Below, piece after piece: positions 50,815 to 62,269 of a DNA stretch of 64,000 nucleotides. How positions within the stretch are numbered: position 1 is the stretch's first letter; the number at the start of each line of letters is the position of its first letter. The notes under the pieces were generated by a model, which saw nothing but the letters and a program-made list of their open reading frames with translations, was not told where the DNA came from and searched no databases. A program made the translations under genes and the position numbers. Where the stretch lies: the NCBI GenBank assembly GCA_051294375.1, contig CM119269.1:23107497-23171496 (forward strand). Direction: 5' to 3'. This DNA comes from Paraspadella gotoi. Taxonomy: Eukaryota; Animalia; Chaetognatha.

Positions 50815-52009
50815 AGTGCGGGAGAGTAGAAGGGTTTGCCGGGCGAATGCGAAAGCAGCGAAGAGGCGGCGGGGTAGCGGCCGCCGCCCAATCCGCCGAG
50901 TCCGCCTCCCGAACCGGAAAAGTCGATGTGCTGCAAGGGATGCTGCAAAGGATGATGATGATGTTGCTGTGGTTGCTGCAAAGGGTCCGTCGCGAGGTGG
51001 GGGGTCATCGTAGAGGGTAGGTCAAAGTTTTGGTAAGGACCGCCGGGCGCGGCGTCCAGGCGTAGGTGAGTTTGCTGCTGTTGGTGAGAAAGGTCAGCGC
51101 CTTTCGCCGATCCGGCGTGGTTCACCATACCGACGGGCAGACCGACAGACGGACCGACGCCTCCGCTCCGTACGCTGAGCAGAGAGACGTTGTCCGGCGC
51201 GCCTTTGCTCCACTGAGAGAGTCCGGCTAAGGAAGGGAGCCCGGCTGGAGCGGCGTGTGCTCCTATAAAGGGGGGGCGGAAGAATGGGGGGAAAGGATTA
51301 GTGAACAAGGATTAGTTAAGGATTAGTGAATAGAGAAAAAGATTATGGGATTCTCGGTGATTGATATTTTTTAAACGTTTTAAAATAAAACTTGGCGGGC
51401 TCTTAAACCAACTGTTTTCTGAAAGCGCCCCTTTTCTGTTCCCTAATACATGAATCTAACTTTTACTCCTAATTCAAGCCTAATCTTTTGAGAATATTTA
51501 ACACTCAATCGGTAAATTTAATCCTTAAACCATTGTGTTATGATCCTTTATTTTCGTTGCCTTATGAGATTAGAGAAAAGTTTGAAATTAGATTTCAACG
51601 ACTTTTTCTCTATGAAAATAAAAACTAATTTCAAACTTTTCTCTAATCCTTAAACCATCTTTAGTATCTTAAAAATATAAAAAAATTTATTTGAGCATAT
51701 ACTCACTCAACATTTTTCACTCAAACCATTGAGTGGGGCGACCCCTCCTTTAATTCTTAATCCTTTATTTACATAATCCCTAACCATAATTCCCAACCCT
51801 TAACCTAAAATATGATCTAAAACCGAAAAAGTGGCTTTTTGAATAATATTAATAAGGCTCTATTTTTGCCAGCCTGAGGCTGACCCTTGCCAAAGATAGG
51901 ATTTATCCCGCTCAAGCAAAATATGAAAGAAGCAATGCAAATAAAGCCAAAATAAAGCAAAAAAAAGATCACTTGAATAAAGCAGAGGATGATCCGGTTT
52001 GTGCGCCAT
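44685..52009 (-). CDS. LITAF-domain protein with long Gly/Ser/His-rich N-terminal region (~640 aa if all exons join)
   Basis: Exons 45733-45577 and 44771-44685 give LGQHPKLMKCPHCYKQIYTKITYKSDDCTYFAAGICCICCCCFIPFCLRELKAAHHFCP(KCQVYIGSY*). This is CxxC-hydrophobic-HxCxxC, i.e. LITAF; one missing A must be restored near 44713. Upstream exons are 45906-45847, 46769-46557, 48374-48131 (net +1 frameshift), 51262-50129 (GC donor) and a tentative first exon 52009-51973, all joined by phase-1 introns. The LITAF part is firm; joining of the upstream exons is inferred. Confidence 0.75.
44840..45080. repeat. (AAT)n microsatellite
   Basis: Directly visible; source of the poly-I and poly-L ORFs. Confidence 0.95.
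47428..48115. repeat. Pyrimidine-rich minisatellite (CTCATTCATTCCCCCT)n
   Basis: Degenerate ~16-17-bp units in an intron. Confidence 0.9.
48982..49800. repeat. Degenerate ~105-110-bp tandem repeat (CTATGGCTGGTTCCCAGAGACGTGATATCT...)
   Basis: Units start near 48983, 49093 and 49205, with diverged units at ~49545-49800. Confidence 0.8.
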
Positions 52010-52622
52010 TTCGGTTTCTCGTCCGGCCGACGATCGCCCGGCGCCGTCGGCCGAAAACAACGCCGGATGAAAAAGAACGCCGGTTTTAAGTTTCGGTGCG
52101 GTCGATCGGCGTCGATTCTCTGCTGATTGGGCGCCAAGGCGGCGTCATTCTCCTCCTCTTCCTCTTCCTCCTCCTTACTATAAAAAATAAATGATAAATG
52201 ATAATAAATAAATAAATTAAACATTAGTAGTTTAGTAAAAAAAAATAAAGTTTTCATATTTTTTGTGAGTATTTTTTAAGGGTTTTTTAAAAGTTTTTTA
52301 GGGGAAAACTTAAACTTAAAGCTATATGTAAATACTTATAAATATTTATAATTTAATACCAAGCTCTTCCTTTATTCTTGTTGCTCTTTGGTGGTTTTAA
52401 AATTATTTAATTAAATAAATAAAAGACTATTGATTATGGTTCTTTAGTAGATTATTATCTAAAAATATTTTTCACCTGCTTGAAAAAAAACTTTGTCCCG
52501 AGGCTCGAGTTTTTTTGGTCAGGGAATAATTTTAGTGAACGAGGTTTTTAACTTTTTATGGTTTTTCAGTTTTTTTGGGAAAACGTTGGGAGACGACCGA
52601 TGCTCCAGAGGTTGAAGTGAAA

Positions 52623-52676
<54 letters not shown>

Positions 52677-52872
52677 CAGAAAGGGTTCTTTCTTTTTTTT
52701 TTGTTTCAGAGAAAAGAAATTAGAAGAAAAAATGTTTATTCATGTAAAATAATAAAAATTGACTTTCATCTCATTTTCTTTGAGTCCAAATTTGTTTTCA
52801 TTCATGAGAATAAAGGCAGTTGTTTTTTTTTGTTGTTGTTGTTGTGAAAGCCAAAAAAAGATGATATTTTGG

Positions 52873-52908
<36 letters not shown>

Positions 52909-54430
52909 CAGAAAAAAATGATAATAAAAGCTTGGAAGGGTTTTTTTAAAAAAAAAGATAAAAATGCTAGTTGTACTTTGGGAATTTGCGGGAAATGAGT
53001 AAATTGAGAGAAGGAATCATTTGCAGCGAGCCCTGAAAAAAAGAGAGAAGGAGACACTTAGGATTAGGGATTAAGGATTAGAGATTAAGGTTAGACACTT
53101 AGGATTAGGATTAAGATTAGGGATTAGAGTTGTGGTATTTTTGCAAAATATTCCTCATTAGGTTCATTTTTGTGAGAAAGTAATCGATAGCAAAAAATGA
53201 AAATAGCAGTTACACCGAGCTCAATTATTTCTTTTACTATATTGGACTAAATAAGACTAAATTTTAAAAGGAATATAAATGTTTAACATATTTTACAAAA
53301 GTAATAACTTAAAATATAATTTAATTACTTTGATATTTAATAATGTAATGAGGACAGGGACGTTAGTGTTGTCTTTTTTTAAATAGAGGAAACATTTATA
53401 CTTTATTACAATTATTCATAACTATTAATCATTACTCACCATATAGTAGTAGGTTTGTTTTTTTTTATTTCTTGAGGATGAAATATGTTTGAATTAAAAG
53501 TTCAATGTGTAGCTAATGATGGAAGAAATCTTTCGTTGCTTTGATTAACATAAATTGTTTTCTATTTTGTTTTGTGTGTTTGTTTGTTTGTTATATATTT
53601 GCTTTTTTATTTTTCTTTCGGAGCGGCTTTGATTGTCACATAGTTGAAGAAGATAGTTAAAATCTGTGTGTCAAAGTTTTTTTAAACAAAATAGTTAATT
53701 GGGAATGATAAAGATTTACATTTACATTACAAGCAAATTAAAATTTATTTAATTTTTCAATGACATTTAAGAGAGAAAGAATGACATTTTAAAGACAAAA
53801 AATGACAAAAAAATTGTAAAAATGGCGAATTTAAAAAAAACAACTTATATTGAGAAGACAATAATTAATGAAGTCGAGGATAATAATGATTACGTCAAAA
53901 AATGATAATTAGATTTTTGCCGATTTAAGCATCGCGTCTGCAAATATAAACACAAACATTTTAACATTTAAACATTTAAACAATTTCATAATCATAGAGA
54001 AAAGGTAAGAAGGACAAAAAAGATTTCAACATTACGTTTAAACGTTGATGAACACGGACGGCTGTTGTTCCAAGACGAGTTGATGTAGTTGATGAAGTCA
54101 ACATCCGACCTTCGACTGAAAAAATTGACGTTGCTGCTGGGAAATGATGAAGAAATTGATGTTGCTGCTGGGAATTGATGAAGAAATTGATGTAGTTAAC
54201 GAGATAACATTATTGATGTTTCTGCTGTAGAAATTTGATGGTTGTCGTGATACACGTTGCGATGATAAATTTGATGTAAACGTCTGGTAAGATAAGATAA
54301 CGAAGTAACAAAAAAGGGAAAGCTTGTGATAAATATTATCAGTTTTATCACAAGAAAAATAATCAATTGTTTATATTTAAACGAATTGAATGAAAGGCTA
54401 AACCGAAGCGAGAAGACGATGATTGATTGG

Positions 54431-54475
<45 letters not shown>

Positions 54476-54659
54476 GGATTGATTGATTGATCGATCGATT
54501 AAAAAGTCTAACGCGTGAGACAAAGCTGACTGTGATTTTGAGTTGACGCAGTGAAAGAAATTCGTCTCCCGCAAAAAGTGAAAGAAGGAAAAGTCGTTGT
54601 TGTTGTTATTCCTCGTCCACTCCCTCTCTATCTCTCTCTTTATTTTTCTCTCTTCACGC

Positions 54660-54708
<49 letters not shown>

Positions 54709-54724
54709 TCTCTTCTCTTTCTCT

Positions 54725-54757
<33 letters not shown>

Positions 54758-54769
54758 GTCGAGAGACGC

Positions 54770-54981
54770 CTTGCCTTTTTTACTTTACTTCCGGTCAAAC
54801 GATGCCATGCCATGCCATGCAATCCAGCGTCACGTCATGCTACGCTGCGCCACGCCACCCATGCTGCGCCACGCTACGCTGTGCCACAGCCACGCTACGC
54901 TGTCGCTTCCGCATTTTTTTAGTCTCTGGGAAATTGTGAGACGCGCGATTTTCAAAATGGCGGACGAGGGAGGAGCGCGCG

Positions 54982-55079
<98 letters not shown>

Positions 55080-55544
55080 CGCATGCACCAGAATCTCGCA
55101 CGCATTTCGTCGTCGTCATCGTCGCCGTCGTCGTCTTCGTCGTCGTGGGTTCAAGTCACGTGTTCAAGTCACTTCCGGATCATGAAAAGTCTTAACCAGA
55201 TTTTTTTTTGCAATCAAATTTTTGTTGTTGCAATCAATAGGGCAATCAATATATCAGTCAAATCAATTGGGTTATTTCGATAAGACTGTACAGCTTGCAG
55301 GGACCGAATGTGCCTTGAAAGATTAATTGAGGCCACTAAACAGTAAAGCCTGTGGAAATATTTTTGTTGGACATCTACGAAAGCGGTTATTATGTTTATA
55401 ATGATAAAAAAAGTTTTGTATTCGTTAATTAATCTCTCTTTTTTAATATATATAAATACAATATTTTTATTAATTTCTTTTCACAATCGCTTAATGATTA
55501 ATGACTTTTTTCACAACCGCTGGATCGGATTTTTGATCCGGTAG

Positions 55545-55609
<65 letters not shown>

Positions 55610-55718
55610 CACAGTTTTGCTTCTTCCTCTCTTTTCTCTTTTCCTGTTAAATGGACGACTCTGCTTGGAACGTGCACGCAGCGGAAGTAGCGGCGAGCAG
55701 AAAAAAGCACGCGCGCAC

Positions 55719-55781
<63 letters not shown>

Positions 55782-56340
55782 TTCATGGTGCCAGCGACTG
55801 CCCTCCGCTTTTAGACGCGGCAGGGATTTCGAAACACGCGGCCTGGACTCAATGCCGTTCTCTCATTGGGCAAAATTCTTTCTCGTTCTCTCATTGGCTC
55901 AAATATCTACTTCGGACGCGTCGCCGTTCTCTCATTTGTTCTCTCATTGGTCAAATTTCATTCGCCGCCTCTGATTGGCTCAATTACCTCCTGTGGAAGC
56001 TTCACTCTTTTTTCATTGGTCGATAAACGTTTTCATTTTTCTCATTGGATCAAGAAATGGATTTTCAAGATTACTTAAAAATATTATTTCTTTCATGCAC
56101 AGTTAGAAAATTTTGTCTCGATAGGGTTTTTTTTTCATTAAAATTGTCAAAATTTAATAATAGTTTAGCATGAGTACAATTGCACTTGGTGATTTCATTG
56201 GCCTAAATGTAAGGTTTTCTTATCCTCTGATTGGGTTAATTTCTCCCAGGATCACAGAATAGACGATTCTGATTGGACGCTGAGCTGGAATGGGGGGTAG
56301 GATGAGGCGCTTGTTCTCGATTCTCATTGGTCGAACTGTC
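54770..56340. promoter_or_regulatory. CpG-rich promoter-like region with a CCAAT-box cluster
   Basis: About ten ATTGG motifs lie between 55860 and 56330. Also ACTTCCGG/CGGAAGT (ETS-like) at ~54787, 55171 and 55682, AAAATGGCGG (YY1-like) at ~54954, CACGTG at ~55157 and long GA repeats. Upstream of the minus-strand LITAF-domain gene. Confidence 0.55.
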
Positions 56341-56345
56341 AATGG

Positions 56346-56419
<74 letters not shown>

Positions 56420-56635
56420 GAGAGAGAAGAGAGAAGAGAGAGAGATAGACTGTCGTAGACATAGGTACAAGTATTCGATATAGCCGTTCTGTCTATCTCT
56501 CTCTCTTCTCTCTCTCTCTCTCTTTTTTCTCTCTCTCTCTCCCCGGACTGGGGTTTACGACGTCTGATACTGGGATGCGTCCGCCGTCGGAGTCATTGAG
56601 AATGCAAAAGAATGCAAAGGCATCTATATAGGGAT

Positions 56636-56874
56636 AAGGCGCTCAGTGGGCTGAAGATTACTATCCGTATCTTCTGTGCTCCATCAGCAGCAATGAAACG
56701 GGTCCTGGGCTTGGATCCAAGCTTGAGGGTTTTCCAGGCCCCCAAGTGGGTTTACGGCCGTCCTTACGCTTCCCGCAGGGTAGGTACCGGGTTGGAATTG
56801 AACCCGGTAGCTAGTGGTCATGAGCTAAAGGTGTCATGCTTATAGGCGGGGTGAACTTAGGCAATGCCCGACTA
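56636..56874 (-). mobile_element. SINE-like family B copy
   Basis: Reverse-complement homologue of 26176-26454. Confidence 0.75.
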
Positions 56875-58707
56875 CCGACATAGAATGCAAATAACAACAA
56901 CGACTGATAGGGTGAGCGACTGAGCGTAAATACAAATACGATACTGTAGCGGCAGTATTAACTAAAACGGTAAATTTTACGCTTAACTGTGAACTAAAAT
57001 ATAAGCTCTCTTAATGTTAAAACATTAATCCTGTTTTAAAATTAAATATTAAAAAAAAGATCATATATGATTTTTTTTATATTTAATGTTTAATAACACA
57101 GGAAATTAAAAAAACATTGCACGTCGAATTATTTTCGGTCAAAATAATAATCATTGACAAAGAATGAGAGATGACGATAAATGACGACATTACTTGAGAT
57201 TTTATTTTATTTTTTTGATTTTTAAACAAAAATTGTACGATTTATCAAAAAACAAAAATGCTTAATGTTTTTTTAATTATCGAAAAATCTTAGAAATACA
57301 ACCTCACGATATTTTTTATTTCTTTTTTATATCTAATTGTTTAAAAAAAAAGATATTAAAAAAAAGAGCACAGATCAATTTGGAAAATAAAAAAAAATCA
57401 GATCTAAAAAATCACAATTACATTCTGGAAGAAACTAATCTACCTATAATCTAATAGTAATTCTTTTCTGTTTTTATCTAAAAACGGATTTGAGATTTTT
57501 TTCATTAGTTTACTTTTTGTAGAAAAAAAAAGTTAAAAAAAAATGCTTAACTTGTTGACAAAAAATTTAAATTAGGTTTTCTTCAGGTAACAAAAATAAT
57601 AACTATTAAAAAAGATCGTTAACTAAACTCGCATAACTAAATTAAGAAATCATAATATAACGATCATGAAACGATTAAGCGTTTAATAATCACGGGTAGC
57701 ACATATATAGTTTAAATAAAGTTTAATATGATCAATTTATAATTGGGTTATATAATTAATTAGTTTTAAATTTAATTAGTTAATTTTCGTAACAGATAAT
57801 TGGTAGGTTAACTTTATATATCTAAAAAAATTTTTTTAGAAAATAAATATTAAATAAAAGATTAAAAATTATACATAATTGATAATATATAACTTAATAC
57901 GCACCTCCCAGCCGTGACTATAAAAAAAAACGAAAAAAAACCAGTAGTAGAAATATAAGGAAGTAGATAATGTATCACTTTAAGACGTTCATCTTTTATC
58001 ACAATATCATCGCGATACTTTATCACTTTATCATGATTCACCAGCGAATCACACAACTTTACGCTTTATTATCCAAGAGCGCCCCGTTTCTGTTCCATAT
58101 CCCTAACCTTAATCACTAACTTAATCCGCAACCTTATCTATATATAATCCTAACCTACAACTTAATTTTTAACTCTTTTCCACCTAATTCTGAATTTAAA
58201 ACGAAAAAGGGCATTCTGGGAAAATAAGGCCAAAGCTTTTTTTTTAATTGGCATGGTCTCAATTAAAAAAAAATGGCCATCGTGATAATCAATATATTAA
58301 TAATAATTAAGATGATAATTAATTAAAATTCAGAGTTTCTACGTCGTTTCGACAAAGGGATGTTCTTTTGTTGAATCATTTGTTTTCTTTTATCGCAGCG
58401 ACATCTCTCGTTCGCCGCCGAGATTTCCATCGTCGCTCGTCGTCGTCGTCATCGTCGTCTCTGTCTCTCGATCGCCACGACGCCGCGAATCGACGCCGGT
58501 GAAAGTCAAAATAGCGCCGGTTTGAGAAAACGAGAATCGGGGTCGTCGTCGTTTTTTGTTTCGTTTTGATTTTTTCGTGATGAAGACGACGACGATGATG
58601 ACGACGATGACGACGACGATGATGACGACGGTTGGAAGGGGACGACGACGACGATGATGACGACGATGAAGAAGACGACGATGACGGCGACGACGAACGA
58701 TCGATCC

Positions 58708-61687
58708 TCATTTTAGTTTCTTTATCTCCGCCGCCGCCGCTGACACCGCCGGCCCGCGCCGCAGCCGGCCCTCGCCGCAGCCTGCCCCCGCCGCCGCCGC
58801 CGCCGCCGCCGAAAGAGTTTGGCGCTCGACGCCTGGAGAATTTTGACGCAGTTTGCGGCGTGAATTGTGGCGAAATTTGTGGCGTGAATTGTGGCGAAAT
58901 TTGTGACGTGAATTGTGGCGAAATTTGTGACGTGAATAGTGGCTGGCGTTGGCGTGGAAGAGGTGGCGTTTATTCGGGAGGTGAAGGCGGATTCTGAGGT
59001 GGAAAGGAAATTGAATTAATGAGAGAGAGCGAGAGAGCGAGAGGAGAGAGAGAGAGAGAGGAGAGGAGAGAGAGAGAGGAGAGAAGAGGAGAGAGAGAGG
59101 AGAGAGAGAAGAGAGAGAGAGAAAAGAAACAGACGAACCGAGCCAGAGACATTTTTCACCCTTTCCCCGACCAAACACCTGGCACGCATCTGTACTGCAC
59201 TTGACGTAGTCATGAAACCAAAGTTTGCTGGGCTCTTTTATCCGTGGCGCTTCTGTTCGACGCCACGACGCAAATCGCGCCCGTCGCAAGAAGGGCCGTG
59301 CCACGAGGTGCAGAGAGGGGTCGAGAGGACGCGCCCGGCACGGACGGGCGCGACCTCGGTGACTGCGGAGATCGGCGGCGTCGTAGGCAGGTTTTCTCGT
59401 CGGATCTGTCCGCCTGTCGGTCGGTCAGTCTGTACGTCTGTCGTCGTCGTCTTAGGTCGGTTTCGACACGCTCAATTCTTTCAAAGTGACAATTGTAGTG
59501 TTGTATTGCCCACCGTAGTAAGACCGATCCACCTTTGGAAGGGGTCGGGTAGAAAAAGAGAAAAGAAGAGATAGAGAGTGAAGAGAGAGAGAGAGAGTGA
59601 GAGAGAGAGAGTGAGAGGAGAGAGACGTGAGATAGAGAGAAGTGAGATAGAAGACGGTTTGGTAGAAAGAAGGACCATTTAGCAGACAGAGGGACAGGTT
59701 TAGATGATAAAGAAGAATAGACAGACTAGGCACTTTATCGGACATAAAGGACAGTCAGATAAACAGGAAGAGAGTCAAACTGACAGAGACAGCCAAAAGG
59801 TGCAATACAGCTTTAACAATTTAGTGACTTTTGATGACTGTTTTATCCTCGTATCCGCTGACGACAGTAAGACAGACAAAAGGACAGACAGTTTCCCACT
59901 CAATGGCATATTTCTCGCCATCCACTCTAGACAGAAAGACCGTTTAACAGAAAGAGGCCATTGAGATAGACAGATAAACAGTTCCTAACCCATATTCTAC
60001 TCCAAAGAGACAGACATTCAGACTTGACAAAGAAATAGACACACATACCTGAATGACATATTCCACGACTCCTCTCCGCCTTTAGGAAGACGCAATCCAA
60101 GAGAAGTTTGCCAGTTTGATAGAAGTGGTTACACTCGGTCCGCGGTGGGCATGACAACGTCGGGCGGTGGGGCGTAGATGGCCAGTTGTGGCGAGATGGG
60201 GCAAAGTTGTGGTGAGTAGGAGATGCGTGTTGGGGGTGAATGCTGAGATGGGGAGAGGAGAAATAAATAAATAAATAAATAAATAAATACATAACCATTG
60301 TATTATTCCTTTCTTTTCTTTGATTTAGAAGATTTAGAGTTTGAAATTTTATGATAAATTCGTTGGAGAACAAAATTTAGCAAACTTTTCTCAAATAATA
60401 TAATATAAAAAAATAAAAAAATCTAAAAGTAAATAGATAAATAAATAATAAAATAGTAATAAATAAGATATAAATAAATAATAAAAATTAATAATAGAAT
60501 AGAAACATAAATAAAGAATAAATAAAAAATAAATAAATAAATTAATATAATAAAATAAATATAATAATAGTTAATAAATAAAGAAATAAATAAGTTAAAA
60601 GTTATAGTTAAATAATAATAAATAAATTACATNNNNNNNNNNNNNNNNNNNNNNNNNCCCCCGACCAAACACCTGGCACGCATCTGTACTGCACTTGGAC
60701 GTAGTCATGGAAACCAAAGTTGCTGCATCTTTTATCCGTGGCGCTCTGTTCGACGCCCACGACGCAAACTCGGCGCCCGTCGCAAGAGGGCCGTGCCACC
60801 GAGGTCGCGAGAGGGGGTCGAGAGGACGCGCCCGGCACGGCACGGGGTCGACCCGGTGACTGCGGAGATTCGGCGGCGTCGTAGGCAGGTTTTTCGGTCG
60901 GTCTGTCCGCCTGTCGGTCGGTCAGTCTGTACGTCTGTCGGTCGGTCGGTCTTAGTTCGGTTTCGACGACGCAATCCAATTCTTCAAAGTGACAATTGTA
61001 GTGTTGATTGCCCCAACCGTAGTAAGACCGATCCACCTTTAGAAGGAGTCGGGTAGAAAGAAGAGGAAAAGAGAGATAGAGAGTGAGAGAGAGTGAGATA
61101 GAGAGAGAGTGAGAGAGTGAAAGAAGAATAAGACAGACTAGGCACTTTTATACGGATAGAAGGACAGTCAGATAAACAGGAAGGAATGTCAAACTGACAG
61201 AAGGACAGCCAAAAAGGGCAATACAGCTTTACAATTTAGTGACTTTTGATGACTGTTTTATCCTCGTATCCGCTGACGACAGTAAGACAGACAAAAGGAC
61301 AGACAGTTTCCCACTTCAATGGCATATTTCTCGCCATCCACTCTAGACAGAAAGACCGTTAGACAGAAAGAAGGCCATTGAGATAGACAGATAAACAGTT
61401 TCTAACCCATATTCTACTCCAAAGAGACAGACATTCAGACTGACAAAGAAATAGACAGACATACCTGAATGACATATTCCACGCCATCCTCTCCGCCTTT
61501 AGGAAGACGGCAATCCAAGAGAAGTTTGCCAGTTTGATAGAAGATGGTACACTCGGCCGCGGGTGGCATGACAACGTCGGGCGGTGGTGGCGTAGGTGGG
61601 CCAGTTGTGGGCGGAGATGTGGGCAAAGTTGTGGGCGTGGAGGGAGGATGGGTTGGGGGTGAAGTGGCTGAGATGGGGAGAGAGAAA

Positions 61688-61770
<83 letters not shown>

Positions 61771-61904
61771 ATAGTTAAATAAATAAAGAAATAAATAGTT
61801 AAAAAGTTAAATAGTTAAATAAATAAATAAATAAATACATAAATAAAGAATCTAGCGCAGTACATAGATATTAGATAGATACATATAATTTTTTTCTAGC
61901 ATTG

Positions 61905-61992
<88 letters not shown>

Positions 61993-62246
61993 CCGACCGA
62001 CCGACCGACCCCTTACCTTTCTCCGCTTTGACCAGCACTAACGATTCTTCATCCGCGGTGCTGAACAACGATCCATTTGCAGACCCGCGAATTCCGCTCC
62101 GCAACGACTCTGCAACGCCGGTCACGTCCAGACCGGCGTCGACGTCGCCGCTCGGTGGCGCCGTACACCCGGTCGGGCAGGACGGCCGGCGCCGCGGACT
62201 CGGCACCGCAAAATGGACGGTGAAGTCAACGACGACACTTCCGGCG
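58708..62246 (-). CDS. SEA-domain / mucin-like protein, partial (5' part missing, 3' exons noisy and duplicated)
   Basis: Exon 62246-62017 encodes AGSVVVDFTVHF... (SEA GSVVV motif). It splices in phase to 61667-61465, which encodes the Pro/Thr-rich ATSPPTHPPSTPTTLPTSPPTTGPPTPPPP then ECTIFYQTGKLLLDCRLPKGGEDGVEYVIQ. Further GC-rich exon-like blocks at ~59160-59540 and 58708-58994 cannot be framed reliably. Confidence 0.6.
60658..61850. other. Near-identical copy of ~59164-60630 across an N-gap (assembly overlap)
   Basis: Co-linear duplicate with dense 1-nt indels, separated by the gap at 60633-60657. Confidence 0.85.
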
Positions 62247-62269
62247 CTGTGGAAGGGGGAGAGAGAGAG

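Noticed and set aside
56645-56710. Hammerhead-like CTGAAGA...GAAACGGGTC in family B repeat
   Set aside because: GAAA is present in only one copy (the others have GGAA), stem II is irregular, and stem III is neither stable nor palindromic.
59164-61850. Tandem exon duplication in the SEA gene
   Set aside because: The two copies flank an N-gap and differ by indel noise, consistent with an unmerged contig overlap. Smaller overlaps of the same kind flank the gaps at 11193-11202 and 15294-15303.
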